DNA from: a virus
IMG/VR virus record: IMGVR_UViG_3300030104_003796
Location: 2,936 to 66,935 of that record
Direction: 5' to 3' (one strand)
Length of the DNA: 64,000 nucleotides
The position numbers and the translations under genes were made by a program. The notes beneath the pieces are model-generated. The model saw only the letters and a list, made by a program, of their open reading frames with translations. It was not told the origin of the DNA and did no database searches. Of the stretch, positions 48,872 to 57,557 are shown piece after piece (positions within the stretch are counted from its first letter, which is position 1; the number at the start of each line of letters is the position of its first letter).

Positions 48872-50272
48872 ATGTCGGAAGACATAGGAGAAAATGAAGC
48901 AATAAGAACGATTGCAGCAGACGCGCTTAACGCGCCGTCTGCTGTTGTGGTGTTGGGGGCCTTGCTGCCTACCTTCGTCAAATCCTTAATGGCTCTACCA
49001 GCCATCAAGGTCAAGGAGTTAGGTCAAACCTTACTCAGGAACCACCCCAAAACCACCACAAAGAAGAGCACGGTTGAGGCCATTGTTCAGAACGCCAAAG
49101 ACCGCGTTAATCTAATCCCAATATGGGGTAAGCCGATTGACGTTAAGACGGCTAACAAGTGGGCGGCGAATGGTGTATTCGGTGATAGGGTCGGTGAGGT
49201 TGTAAAAATCCATCATTGGGATTCATCAGACTCAGACGACCGATGGAATGAAGCGGCTCGATTCGTCAAGTCATCAAAGACACTTGACGCACTGTATCAA
49301 ACCCTTGATGCACCGTTGAAGATTGTTAGAACTACAAGGACAGCAATCGAGCGCCGAAGTAATGCGGCGGGAATGTACGACACAACAACCGTTACCACGA
49401 AAGGCGAATCACACGGAACAGGTCAGCAAATGAGGCACGAATACCGGCTACGCTGTATTCACCACCTATGTGCTACCGCCTCCGGTGTTCAATCATTCGT
49501 AAGGGGTGTCGGAATGGGTGCATCCATTGAATTGAATCCACCTATTGAGAGAGGTTCGGAAGACTACAACCGAGCATCAAGAGACGTGATTCATCCACCT
49601 TCGACACTGTATGGTGATGAAGGCGACGTGGTGGTCTATGATACACAAGAAGCGAAGAAAAACTGCAAGTGTCCAACTTGCGGCGGTGCTGTGCTTTGGG
49701 ATTGGAGGCTTGCAGGTTCAGCAAGGTCTAATTCTCAGCCTGTCGGCGGTTGGGGTTCGGTTCTGAAACTGCCTTCAATCAAGATGATTCACAGGACAAA
49801 GGAGGCAGGTTATCAAGTGGTTGAGGAAGGTATCGAATCAAACCGCTTAGTCAATTGTGAGATGAATGACGGGTCGCCGAGAATATCAACCACATTCAAC
49901 CGAATGCTCGGATACCCTGCATACGGTCGATATGGTCAAGGTGAAAATCAGCGAGTAGGATACGAAGCAGACCCCGAAGCATACACGATAGACCACAAGG
50001 GAAGGAGAAAGGGAATCCCAAAGACGGTTCACCTACCAGCGTCAATTCAGCGTAGGGTCATACCAATTCAGACCCCCGCCGGTATGTGCTATATGCTCGG
50101 ATGGGTTGCTGTCCATGATATTGATGGATTGGCTCGCGGCATTGAATCAACCAGCCTCGATTCAGTCGCCTTAATGGTCAACATCATTCGTCATCAATTA
50201 GATGCAGGAAACGAAAAGGCTCAAGCGGGTTCTAACCTGCTTGATGCAATCAGCAATTTGACCGATTACTGA
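48872..50272 (+). CDS. Unknown 466-aa protein with a probable zinc site
   Basis: Long ORF with CIHHLC and CKCPTC; TATA-like TCATATAC about 22-28 nt upstream. Confidence 0.75.
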   Translation: MSEDIGENEAIRTIAADALNAPSAVVVLGALLPTFVKSLMALPAIKVKELGQTLLRNHPKTTTKKSTVEAIVQNAKDRVNLIPIWGKPIDVKTANKWAANGVFGDRVGEVVKIHHWDSSDSDDRWNEAARFVKSSKTLDALYQTLDAPLKIVRTTRTAIERRSNAAGMYDTTTVTTKGESHGTGQQMRHEYRLRCIHHLCATASGVQSFVRGVGMGASIELNPPIERGSEDYNRASRDVIHPPSTLYGDEGDVVVYDTQEAKKNCKCPTCGGAVLWDWRLAGSARSNSQPVGGWGSVLKLPSIKMIHRTKEAGYQVVEEGIESNRLVNCEMNDGSPRISTTFNRMLGYPAYGRYGQGENQRVGYEADPEAYTIDHKGRRKGIPKTVHLPASIQRRVIPIQTPAGMCYMLGWVAVHDIDGLARGIESTSLDSVALMVNIIRHQLDAGNEKAQAGSNLLDAISNLTDY

Positions 50273-50285
50273 TTGCAGAAATTCG

Positions 50286-50317
50286 GGTGGTCGTAGGTTA
50301 GAACCTGCGGCCACCCA
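50286..50317 (+). terminator. Long hairpin after the 466-aa gene
   Basis: GGGTGGTCGTAGGT-TAGA-ACCTGCGGCCACCC with G-U pairs on the + strand. Confidence 0.55.
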
Positions 50318-50542
50318 CCATTCTGATTCGACCTTGATTTGGTGAGCAGTGGTAGCGGTCGCCTTTGCTGTTTCTGATATCGTAGCGTCAAACGTAGCGC
50401 ACGAAACCCCCTCACAGGATGCAAAGCACCACAAGAAGCCCCCGCCTCTTAGGCAACGGCATATCAGCCGCCAAATATTAGAGCGGCACGACGACGTATG
50501 TTGGCTACCCCCACGCGAAATTTTTTACAAAATTTTTAATAA

Positions 50543-50830
50543 TCACTTTGGGTCATCAGTGTTTGAGCCGACTCCCTCATTCCCCTCGTTGGCTCGCCAT
50601 TGAAGTCTTTGGTCTTTACTTCGTGTTTCAAGTGGTAGTTTATTTCGCAGTAGTGCGAATCTAACTGCTTCGGGTCGGAATTTGCCCCAATACTTCGGAA
50701 TGTTTTTACTGATTTCCTCAGAAATTTCACGCGCTATACGCCATTCTTCAAAGTAGCCTTCGTTAAACAATCTCATTATTGCTTCGTTTGCTAACTCTTT
50801 TCTTGTCTTCGGCCCAAATTTCGTTCTCAT
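50543..50830 (-). CDS. Small winged-helix-like protein downstream of the terminase
   Basis: ATGA overlap with terL; WRIAREISEEI...AVRFAL...WR. Confidence 0.5.
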   Translation of the reverse strand: MRTKFGPKTRKELANEAIMRLFNEGYFEEWRIAREISEEISKNIPKYWGKFRPEAVRFALLRNKLPLETRSKDQRLQWRANEGNEGVGSNTDDPK

Positions 50831-52323
50831 CTCTTAATCACCTTTCCGCCTATACCTTTTGCTCCCCGATTTACTTTAGAACCACTACCACCGAGCCATT
50901 CTCCGGCTTCTGCCTTTTTCATAATAACGGGCATTTCAAATCCCTTAGCAGTAAATTGGTCTATTGCGTGTGCAAACGCCATTACACAATCGTTATGTTT
51001 TCCTAAGTCTTCAATAAGACCGTTTTTCCATGCGTGTGTTTCTAATTCGTCAAAGAGGGTGTTCACTTGCATTCGTGTGTTATGGTCGCCGTATGGGAAT
51101 ATAATTAACTCGCGCTCAAACCAAACACGAAGTCTATTGAGTATTCCCTGCTTTAGTGTGCGGTTGCTAACTTTGCTACCTCGATAATCCACATTTGCAT
51201 TTTTCTGTTCAATAAGACTCTTGTATAACTGCTGGAATCCCACATCTTCGGATGCAAAGGCAGGATAACCATATCTCTTATTCCATTCAATAATCATGTC
51301 TGCCTGTCTGTCCGGTGGAAAATCATTACGTCGCCACATATTTACAAAGTGGATAAAGCCCTCTTGGTCTTGCTTAAGGACAATCATAACTGAAAAGTCC
51401 TTTCCTAAACCATGTGCGGGGTCAAACCCAATACTATACTTGCAGTTATCATCTTTTTCTGTTTGAAATATATCATCCATGTTAAGATGTTTTCTAACTA
51501 ACTCTCTCGGATATACTGCGGCTTCGTCATCAATAACCCTGCACAAATACTCCTGCACAAAAGCCAATTCACCCATACCTTCTCGTTGCTCAAGGAGATA
51601 AGCCGCACTTCGATATTCTTCCCAAAGCACTTCGGGTTTTATTTCACCATCACTTGCTCGCCATTCGTCATAGTTAGTGATAGCGGAATACACGGCTGAT
51701 TTCCAAACGGGGTTTTCTAACATTTCCGTGTGGTATAAATCAACCATACTCATTGGTGTTCCCACGCAGTAAAACCACGAATCGGGGCTTAACATAGGGA
51801 TAATTGCTTTCTTATACCATGATTGCAGGGCCTTAGGGTTGGTATCGTCTGAATCAACCAACACATCGTCAAATGCTACACAGGCAGGATGCGCCCCACG
51901 AATCGCAGAACCAACAGATGTAGCACGAATCCATGCACCGTTGGTAAAATGCAATTCTAATTTGTTGCCTTTGGAGGGGCTAATGTATTTTCTTAACTGT
52001 GGGTGCTTCTTTAGGTCGGCTCGTATTTCCTCAAGCCTTTGAGCGGCAGTATCTTTACTCGCTGAGATGAGCCAACAGGTAAAGGGTGAACCATCACCCT
52101 TCTTCTCATAGAGGCATTGGTGCAATAATTTAACACGAAGGGTTGTTGATTTGGAATGGTCGCGTGGTGCAATAATACAGACACGATGAACGGATGCGCC
52201 TTTTCTATCTGAATATAGGTCCATCCATTCTCCGATGTGCTTACCCCATGTGTAGCCGAGCCATTTATAGAAATAGGCAATATCTTTCCTACTTCTTTCC
52301 ATAGAAAAATTAGTATTACTCAT
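50827..52323 (-). CDS. terL: Terminase large subunit
   Basis: PRDHSKST Walker A, IRGAHPACVAFDD Walker B, VGTP, QEYLC, GFDPA and HNDCVMA nuclease motifs. Confidence 0.93.
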   Translation of the reverse strand: MSNTNFSMERSRKDIAYFYKWLGYTWGKHIGEWMDLYSDRKGASVHRVCIIAPRDHSKSTTLRVKLLHQCLYEKKGDGSPFTCWLISASKDTAAQRLEEIRADLKKHPQLRKYISPSKGNKLELHFTNGAWIRATSVGSAIRGAHPACVAFDDVLVDSDDTNPKALQSWYKKAIIPMLSPDSWFYCVGTPMSMVDLYHTEMLENPVWKSAVYSAITNYDEWRASDGEIKPEVLWEEYRSAAYLLEQREGMGELAFVQEYLCRVIDDEAAVYPRELVRKHLNMDDIFQTEKDDNCKYSIGFDPAHGLGKDFSVMIVLKQDQEGFIHFVNMWRRNDFPPDRQADMIIEWNKRYGYPAFASEDVGFQQLYKSLIEQKNANVDYRGSKVSNRTLKQGILNRLRVWFERELIIFPYGDHNTRMQVNTLFDELETHAWKNGLIEDLGKHNDCVMAFAHAIDQFTAKGFEMPVIMKKAEAGEWLGGSGSKVNRGAKGIGGKVIKR

Positions 52324-53725
52324 CCTTTACCACCGGTATGAAGAAGTTACCCACTACACCGAGAGTCTTGTCTATCATGTGACCGCACAGACCTTTACGC
52401 TCCATAACATAACCTGCGCGAGCGTGGTATCTATCATGGCCACTAAGACTCGGTAATTGAATTACGGTAGCACCGTTTGTGTCGGCAATCTTCAAATGAT
52501 GTAAATGTCCGTGAAACCATACATGATTACGGCATTCACCCCATGCCTCTCTTTTTTCGTTAGACATAATAGCAGGTAGTGTGTTTAGTCGAATCTTATC
52601 ACCGTGAGTAAAACCGAGCAGGTTGTCGCCATACTGCACATATTGTCGTGATTGAGGGCTGATTACTACTGATACATCTTCGCATTGTTCGTATGCCGCT
52701 TCAAGATACATCATAAGCATAAGAGAAGTATGCCTGTCGTGATTACCAGCCATGAGGACTACATCAACAGGTGCTACCTTTCTTAGCATATCAATATGCT
52801 GGCGAGCCAAAGAGCAACCCTTCATCAAGATTTCAGCAGGTGTCGCATCGGTATCTTGTGGTGTGCCTTTGGTTGTAGTGCTATTATCGTTATCAACATG
52901 GAACCAATCGCTACCAGCAGTTAGGATTATCTTTTGCGGCAGATGTGGTAATCGAGTTAGTAGTGCTTCGGTGCTTTCTATAAGTCGCTCTTTAGCAATA
53001 TCCATATCGTATTCTTCTCCGACTTCATCCTTCCAGCCGTATTTTCCAAAGTGAAGGTCGGTGGGAGATAATACAAGAGCATATTCGTGTGCCGCCTTAG
53101 TCTTAAGTTTTTTACCCGTTGATTTAATTTTCGGCACAATGGTTTGGAAATCGTCATAGATAGTATGCTTAAACTCTCTCCATGCCGTTGCATCAGCCTC
53201 TAAGTCCTTTTTCAATTGCTTCTGTGCCTTTAGGACTACTTCTTGTCGCTTGATTGTTAGGTAGTCTTGAACAAGTCTTGATGTTTCTTTCAAAGTGATT
53301 TCTTCATCGGTCAAAGGATTCATAGTGTGCTTCCAATTGTATGCGCGTATATAGGCAGACATTGTAATGCTATCCATTTCATATTCAACGCACATTTCAT
53401 CAATGGTTAAACCGCCACCTTCATTAGAATAGGAGCGGCGCATATTCCTATGGTTTTCACCACTAATGACTAATATGTTATCAATATGCGATAAGAAAGT
53501 CAAATAACAGTCTTTACCTTCGTCATAGTATGTGTGTATTGTTTCTTCGGTTGGTTGTTTGTAAGGATTAGCCTTACGATACCTACCGACTTTGATACGC
53601 CAAGAGTCAATAGAACGTCTTGGTTCTAATTCGTTCAGAAATACTGCAAATTCTTTATCATTTGCGAATCCTTTGTTTATGTGTTGGGCGATAAGGTCTT
53701 CTCCACCGTGATAGCGTTTCCCCAT
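52316..53725 (-). CDS. Calcineurin-like metallophosphoesterase with a long N-terminal region
   Basis: DLHFG, GSDWFH, GNHD, HGD, HGHLHH. Confidence 0.88.
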   Translation of the reverse strand: MGKRYHGGEDLIAQHINKGFANDKEFAVFLNELEPRRSIDSWRIKVGRYRKANPYKQPTEETIHTYYDEGKDCYLTFLSHIDNILVISGENHRNMRRSYSNEGGGLTIDEMCVEYEMDSITMSAYIRAYNWKHTMNPLTDEEITLKETSRLVQDYLTIKRQEVVLKAQKQLKKDLEADATAWREFKHTIYDDFQTIVPKIKSTGKKLKTKAAHEYALVLSPTDLHFGKYGWKDEVGEEYDMDIAKERLIESTEALLTRLPHLPQKIILTAGSDWFHVDNDNSTTTKGTPQDTDATPAEILMKGCSLARQHIDMLRKVAPVDVVLMAGNHDRHTSLMLMMYLEAAYEQCEDVSVVISPQSRQYVQYGDNLLGFTHGDKIRLNTLPAIMSNEKREAWGECRNHVWFHGHLHHLKIADTNGATVIQLPSLSGHDRYHARAGYVMERKGLCGHMIDKTLGVVGNFFIPVVKDE

Positions 53726-53799
53726 GAAACTAACGATGTTCGGGTATTTATTAAAGGTTAGGTTATATTACAATTTATTTTAATGATTTAATACCCTAC

Positions 53800-53950
53800 A
53801 AAAAAAATAAACGGCTCGCAGTAAAACGATTACCGTTATTCTTTTTTTTCTTCAAAGAGATAGATGATTCCCCTTACCCCCTATAACTGCCTTTGAAGAA
53901 ATAAAATAAATAACCAATAAATCCGCAGTAAAGCGTTTAATTCTTTCTAA
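53800..53950 (-). repeat. Conserved cis-element copy 2, inverted relative to copy 1
   Basis: See 37181-37330; lies in the divergent intergenic region between the terminase operon and the portal gene. Confidence 0.8.
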
Positions 53951-54014
53951 AAGTCGCAAAAACATAAAAAAAATAAAACCAATGTTTATACGATAGGCAA
54001 CATACCTTGTAAAT

Positions 54015-55409
54015 ATGGCTGATGAGCGAAGGCGTTTCCCCTTCTTCCGGTCTTTCCGAAAGAAAGAGCCGGTGGTAGCGCAAACAAAGAGAATACCAAC
54101 CAACAAATCATTTTCGGTGGCGGCGGGAATACCCGATATTGTCCGTGATACTGAGAAAATAAGAACCGATAGTAATTTTGATAACGAGTTTGACTTGTAT
54201 GATTCGATGTTAAAGTTAGACCCCGAATTGAACGGTGCGGTTCGTGCAGTATCACTAACTGCAAACAATTACGAAATCAATTATTCACGCGGTAAAAACG
54301 GTCGCATCCGAAATGCAATTAGAGAATTAGTCGAAGAAAGCGAATTAGACTTTGACGATTTCCTAATCAATGCTATGCGTGGCCTCATGGTATATGGGAA
54401 CGACATAAATAAAATTGTAGGGCGAGCCGGTGTCGGTATCACAAACCTACAAAGCCTACCCGTAAAGCAAATCACAATCGTTGATGAGCGCGGCGGGCTT
54501 GGTTCTTACTTCGTGGCCGATGAAGATACGCCGATAACAAGAGCCGTGACCTATATGCTACGCGAAACAAAAATGACCGAAGCAGAATTTCCAGCAAACG
54601 AAATCATGCACATACGAATTGATTGTCGAAGTAATTGGTTTGTTGATAACAAAGGCCGTAAAACCTATGGTATATGGGGTGCATCCCGATTTACTTCTCT
54701 AAAGCAAGCAATACGCATGAAGTATAACACGATGAATAACAGGCTATCTCTTGAAGACGCTATGACTAAGCAGTATGTAACAATAGACAAGTCTGCTATC
54801 GAGCATATACAAGACCCTGCCGAGCAACAAGAAAGACTCGTTCATATTATGGATGAAGTTATCTCATTGTTTGAAGGTCTGCGTGGCGACCAAATACCTG
54901 TGTTGCCGCATTATGTTGAATTACACCACGTTAATTTGGAAAACACAATACCTAACAGTAATGAATTTCTCGATGCAGTAAATGGTGATATTGCCGCCGT
55001 TCTTCAAGTGCCGAGAGTGGCCGCAGGTCAAGAGCGCGGTTCAACCTTTGCCGCTACATACAACGCGAACCTATGGGCGGTTGGTGCTATATCCCGTATG
55101 CACCGCATACTTTCAGATGCAGTTATGAATCTCTTTTCACTACACCTTGAATTGTTAGGCGTTGAACACCGCAAGCAGGACCTACCCTCAATTATCTTTG
55201 ACGCTATGGACACCGAAACACCGCTCAACACAATGCAAAGAGTATCGTTAGGGTATCAGTCCGGCATTCTCACATTAAATCAATCCTTAGAAATTCTTAA
55301 CCTACCGAGCGCAGGGCGAAGTGGAGATGAGAGAAAAGAATCATCAGTAGGCACAGGTGAATTACCAAGAGAAAATTCACAACAAGGACCTTCTGATGTT
55401 ATCGAATGA
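54015..55409 (+). CDS. Portal protein
   Basis: 464 aa; LMVYGN, EIMHIR, YGIWGAS, IAAVLQVP, GILTLNQ; first gene of the head module. Confidence 0.85.
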   Translation: MADERRRFPFFRSFRKKEPVVAQTKRIPTNKSFSVAAGIPDIVRDTEKIRTDSNFDNEFDLYDSMLKLDPELNGAVRAVSLTANNYEINYSRGKNGRIRNAIRELVEESELDFDDFLINAMRGLMVYGNDINKIVGRAGVGITNLQSLPVKQITIVDERGGLGSYFVADEDTPITRAVTYMLRETKMTEAEFPANEIMHIRIDCRSNWFVDNKGRKTYGIWGASRFTSLKQAIRMKYNTMNNRLSLEDAMTKQYVTIDKSAIEHIQDPAEQQERLVHIMDEVISLFEGLRGDQIPVLPHYVELHHVNLENTIPNSNEFLDAVNGDIAAVLQVPRVAAGQERGSTFAATYNANLWAVGAISRMHRILSDAVMNLFSLHLELLGVEHRKQDLPSIIFDAMDTETPLNTMQRVSLGYQSGILTLNQSLEILNLPSAGRSGDERKESSVGTGELPRENSQQGPSDVIE

Positions 55410-55500
55410 TGTATTATTACCTTTAATTCCTTTTGTTTGTGGTGTTATTTTGGTAATGATAATTGAAACCTTGATAAATCAACTCAAGGCTTGGAGGCGC

Positions 55501-55920
55501 ATGAGTCGAATGAAAATGGGAAACCCTAACGAGGCTTTAATGCTAACTTTCGGTATGGGCGTAGTCATGGCGTGGGTAGTTATTGCCGCCACCGCATCCT
55601 ACTTTAGTATTGTTGAGCAAAGAGAAATATCCGACAGTCAATTAACAGTTATCGGGCTACTTGGTGGTCCTGCGCTTCTTATTATTACATCAGTCCTTGA
55701 TTTATTCAAGGGCAAAGAAACCGCAAAAATAAATGTATTGCCGGACCAACTATCTTCTGATGTTGCCGCCGCCGATGCTGAAAAGAGTCACACAAGAATG
55801 CTTGAAGAACACAAACTAAAGCACGACTTAGAAATGGAAAAGATGCAGAAGCAACACAGCCTCGACATGGAAGCATACCAAATTACTAACGGTAAGAAGG
55901 GCGCAAAGAAGGGTGAGTGA
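55501..55920 (+). CDS. Two-TM membrane protein with a coiled-coil tail
   Basis: Two hydrophobic helices followed by a charged C-terminus; start uncertain (55390-55513). Confidence 0.6.
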   Translation: MSRMKMGNPNEALMLTFGMGVVMAWVVIAATASYFSIVEQREISDSQLTVIGLLGGPALLIITSVLDLFKGKETAKINVLPDQLSSDVAAADAEKSHTRMLEEHKLKHDLEMEKMQKQHSLDMEAYQITNGKKGAKKGE

Positions 55921-55922
55921 TT

Positions 55923-56228
55923 ATGGCTCTTACAATTAGTCTTGATACCGGAATTGGTGTATCGTTTAATACTGCACACGCAGTAATACGAGAGTTTAGA
56001 ATGGATAAAGAAGTAGCAGAAGATGGTAGCAAAACTTTTACAATAACCTATAATGGTTTAGTTTATGTGGATGCGTCAAAATATACCGCAGGTAAAACAC
56101 CCGTAAGTGGGTTTAATTACCAATTTTCTCTTGATGTAACGGATGAAGCAGACCAAACTAACCTTCTAAGACAATGTTATACACACCTTAAAACTCAAGA
56201 TGGTTTTACAGACGGTGTGGATGCGTGA
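55923..56228 (+). CDS. Hypothetical virion-associated protein
   Basis: MALTISL...CYTHLKTQDGFTDGVDA pattern; GGTGA leader. Confidence 0.6.
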   Translation: MALTISLDTGIGVSFNTAHAVIREFRMDKEVAEDGSKTFTITYNGLVYVDASKYTAGKTPVSGFNYQFSLDVTDEADQTNLLRQCYTHLKTQDGFTDGVDA

Positions 56229-56379
56229 AATGTATGAACACTTCTTATTTCTTACTATCGTTGGATTCATCGCATACTTTTTGGAAAAATTCTTACTCTC
56301 TAAAGGATGGTGAGTAAGTGCGATTTGACGGCCACCCTCTTTGGGTGTCCGTTCTTCGCTTCTTTGGGGTGATTGTTTA

Positions 56380-56718
56380 ATGTGGGAATACCAAGCAGAA
56401 ATCTTACGAGTCGTTGATGGCGACACAGTGGATGTGCGAATTGATTTAGGATTCAAGGTTCATTACAATGTCCGTGTGCGGCTACATGGGATAAACGCTC
56501 CCGAATCTCGCACACGCGATAAAGAAGAAAAGATACGAGGACTTGCGGCTAAAGAAAGGCTTGAGCAATTAGTAGCCGATAAAACAGTAATCTTAAAATC
56601 ACACGGCGTAGGTAAGTTTGGTAGGTGCTTAGGAGAATTGACGGTAGGCTCGACTAATGTAAATGCACAACTTGTTAAAGAAGGCCATGCCGTTAAGTAT
56701 TTCGGTGGTAAGAGGTGA
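56380..56718 (+). CDS. Thermonuclease (SNase-like) nuclease
   Basis: RVVDGDTVD, VRLHGINAPE, GKFGRCLG, NAQLVKEGHA. Confidence 0.9.
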   Translation: MWEYQAEILRVVDGDTVDVRIDLGFKVHYNVRVRLHGINAPESRTRDKEEKIRGLAAKERLEQLVADKTVILKSHGVGKFGRCLGELTVGSTNVNAQLVKEGHAVKYFGGKR

Positions 56719-57530
56719 ATGGGTTGTCTGAATCAGAAGTCGAATCAATTATTGAAACCGTAAATGAGAGAGCGCAAGAAATACGCTCACTTATGATTAC
56801 TCTTGCATCTATTGTCGCCCTTCTAATGCCCGGACTTGAAGCGGTTGGTATTCTTGATTTTACACCTTACGGACAAGGTGATGATGAATGGGTTACTGAC
56901 GATGATTGGGAAATGGGAGATGACTTTACCTGTGGAGATGGCTCGGTTATCCAAGCCTCTCTTGTAAATGACGGTTACAAAAATTGTCGAGATGGTTCGG
57001 ACGAACCCGAATCCGATGATGAGCCGGATGGCGAAGTGATTAAAGGATGCACAGATGATGAAGCCTTAAATTACAATGAACAGGCTATAGAAGATGATGG
57101 GTCTTGTGAATACGAGGAAGAACCCGAAGAAACAGGCGGTTGCACAGACCCCGATGCAACAAACTATGACCCATACGCAGATTATGACGATGGTTCTTGC
57201 GAGTTTAGAGAAGGGCAACCATGCGACCCTGAAATGTATGACGCTTACTTTGAATACAACAACACTACAATTACTTTCCATTGGGATGCAGACCTTATCT
57301 GCGATAACGAACCACACAACCTTACAGTCATTTGGACTATCTATGAAAACGAAACCGGCAATTGGACCGGACTTCAAGATGGATTAACCTATGAAACTTA
57401 TTATCAAGATTGGGATTATGTAAATCTAACTATGCAAGGATTAGTTAGTGGTAAGTATGATATATTCGCTACTTTTGAAATACACGGTGATTATACAAGA
57501 GCCGTTGATTGGTATGCAATAGAAGTTTAA
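56715..57530 (+). CDS. Membrane-anchored acidic protein with an LDL-receptor-A-like module and two GCTD..A.NY...A..DDGSC repeats
   Basis: TM segment LMITLASIVALLM; FTCGDGSVI...NDGYKNCRDGSDE; repeats visible in the translation. Confidence 0.75.
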   Translation: MNGLSESEVESIIETVNERAQEIRSLMITLASIVALLMPGLEAVGILDFTPYGQGDDEWVTDDDWEMGDDFTCGDGSVIQASLVNDGYKNCRDGSDEPESDDEPDGEVIKGCTDDEALNYNEQAIEDDGSCEYEEEPEETGGCTDPDATNYDPYADYDDGSCEFREGQPCDPEMYDAYFEYNNTTITFHWDADLICDNEPHNLTVIWTIYENETGNWTGLQDGLTYETYYQDWDYVNLTMQGLVSGKYDIFATFEIHGDYTRAVDWYAIEV

Positions 57531-57557
57531 TAAATCACTATTTTTAAGCGAAAGCCA

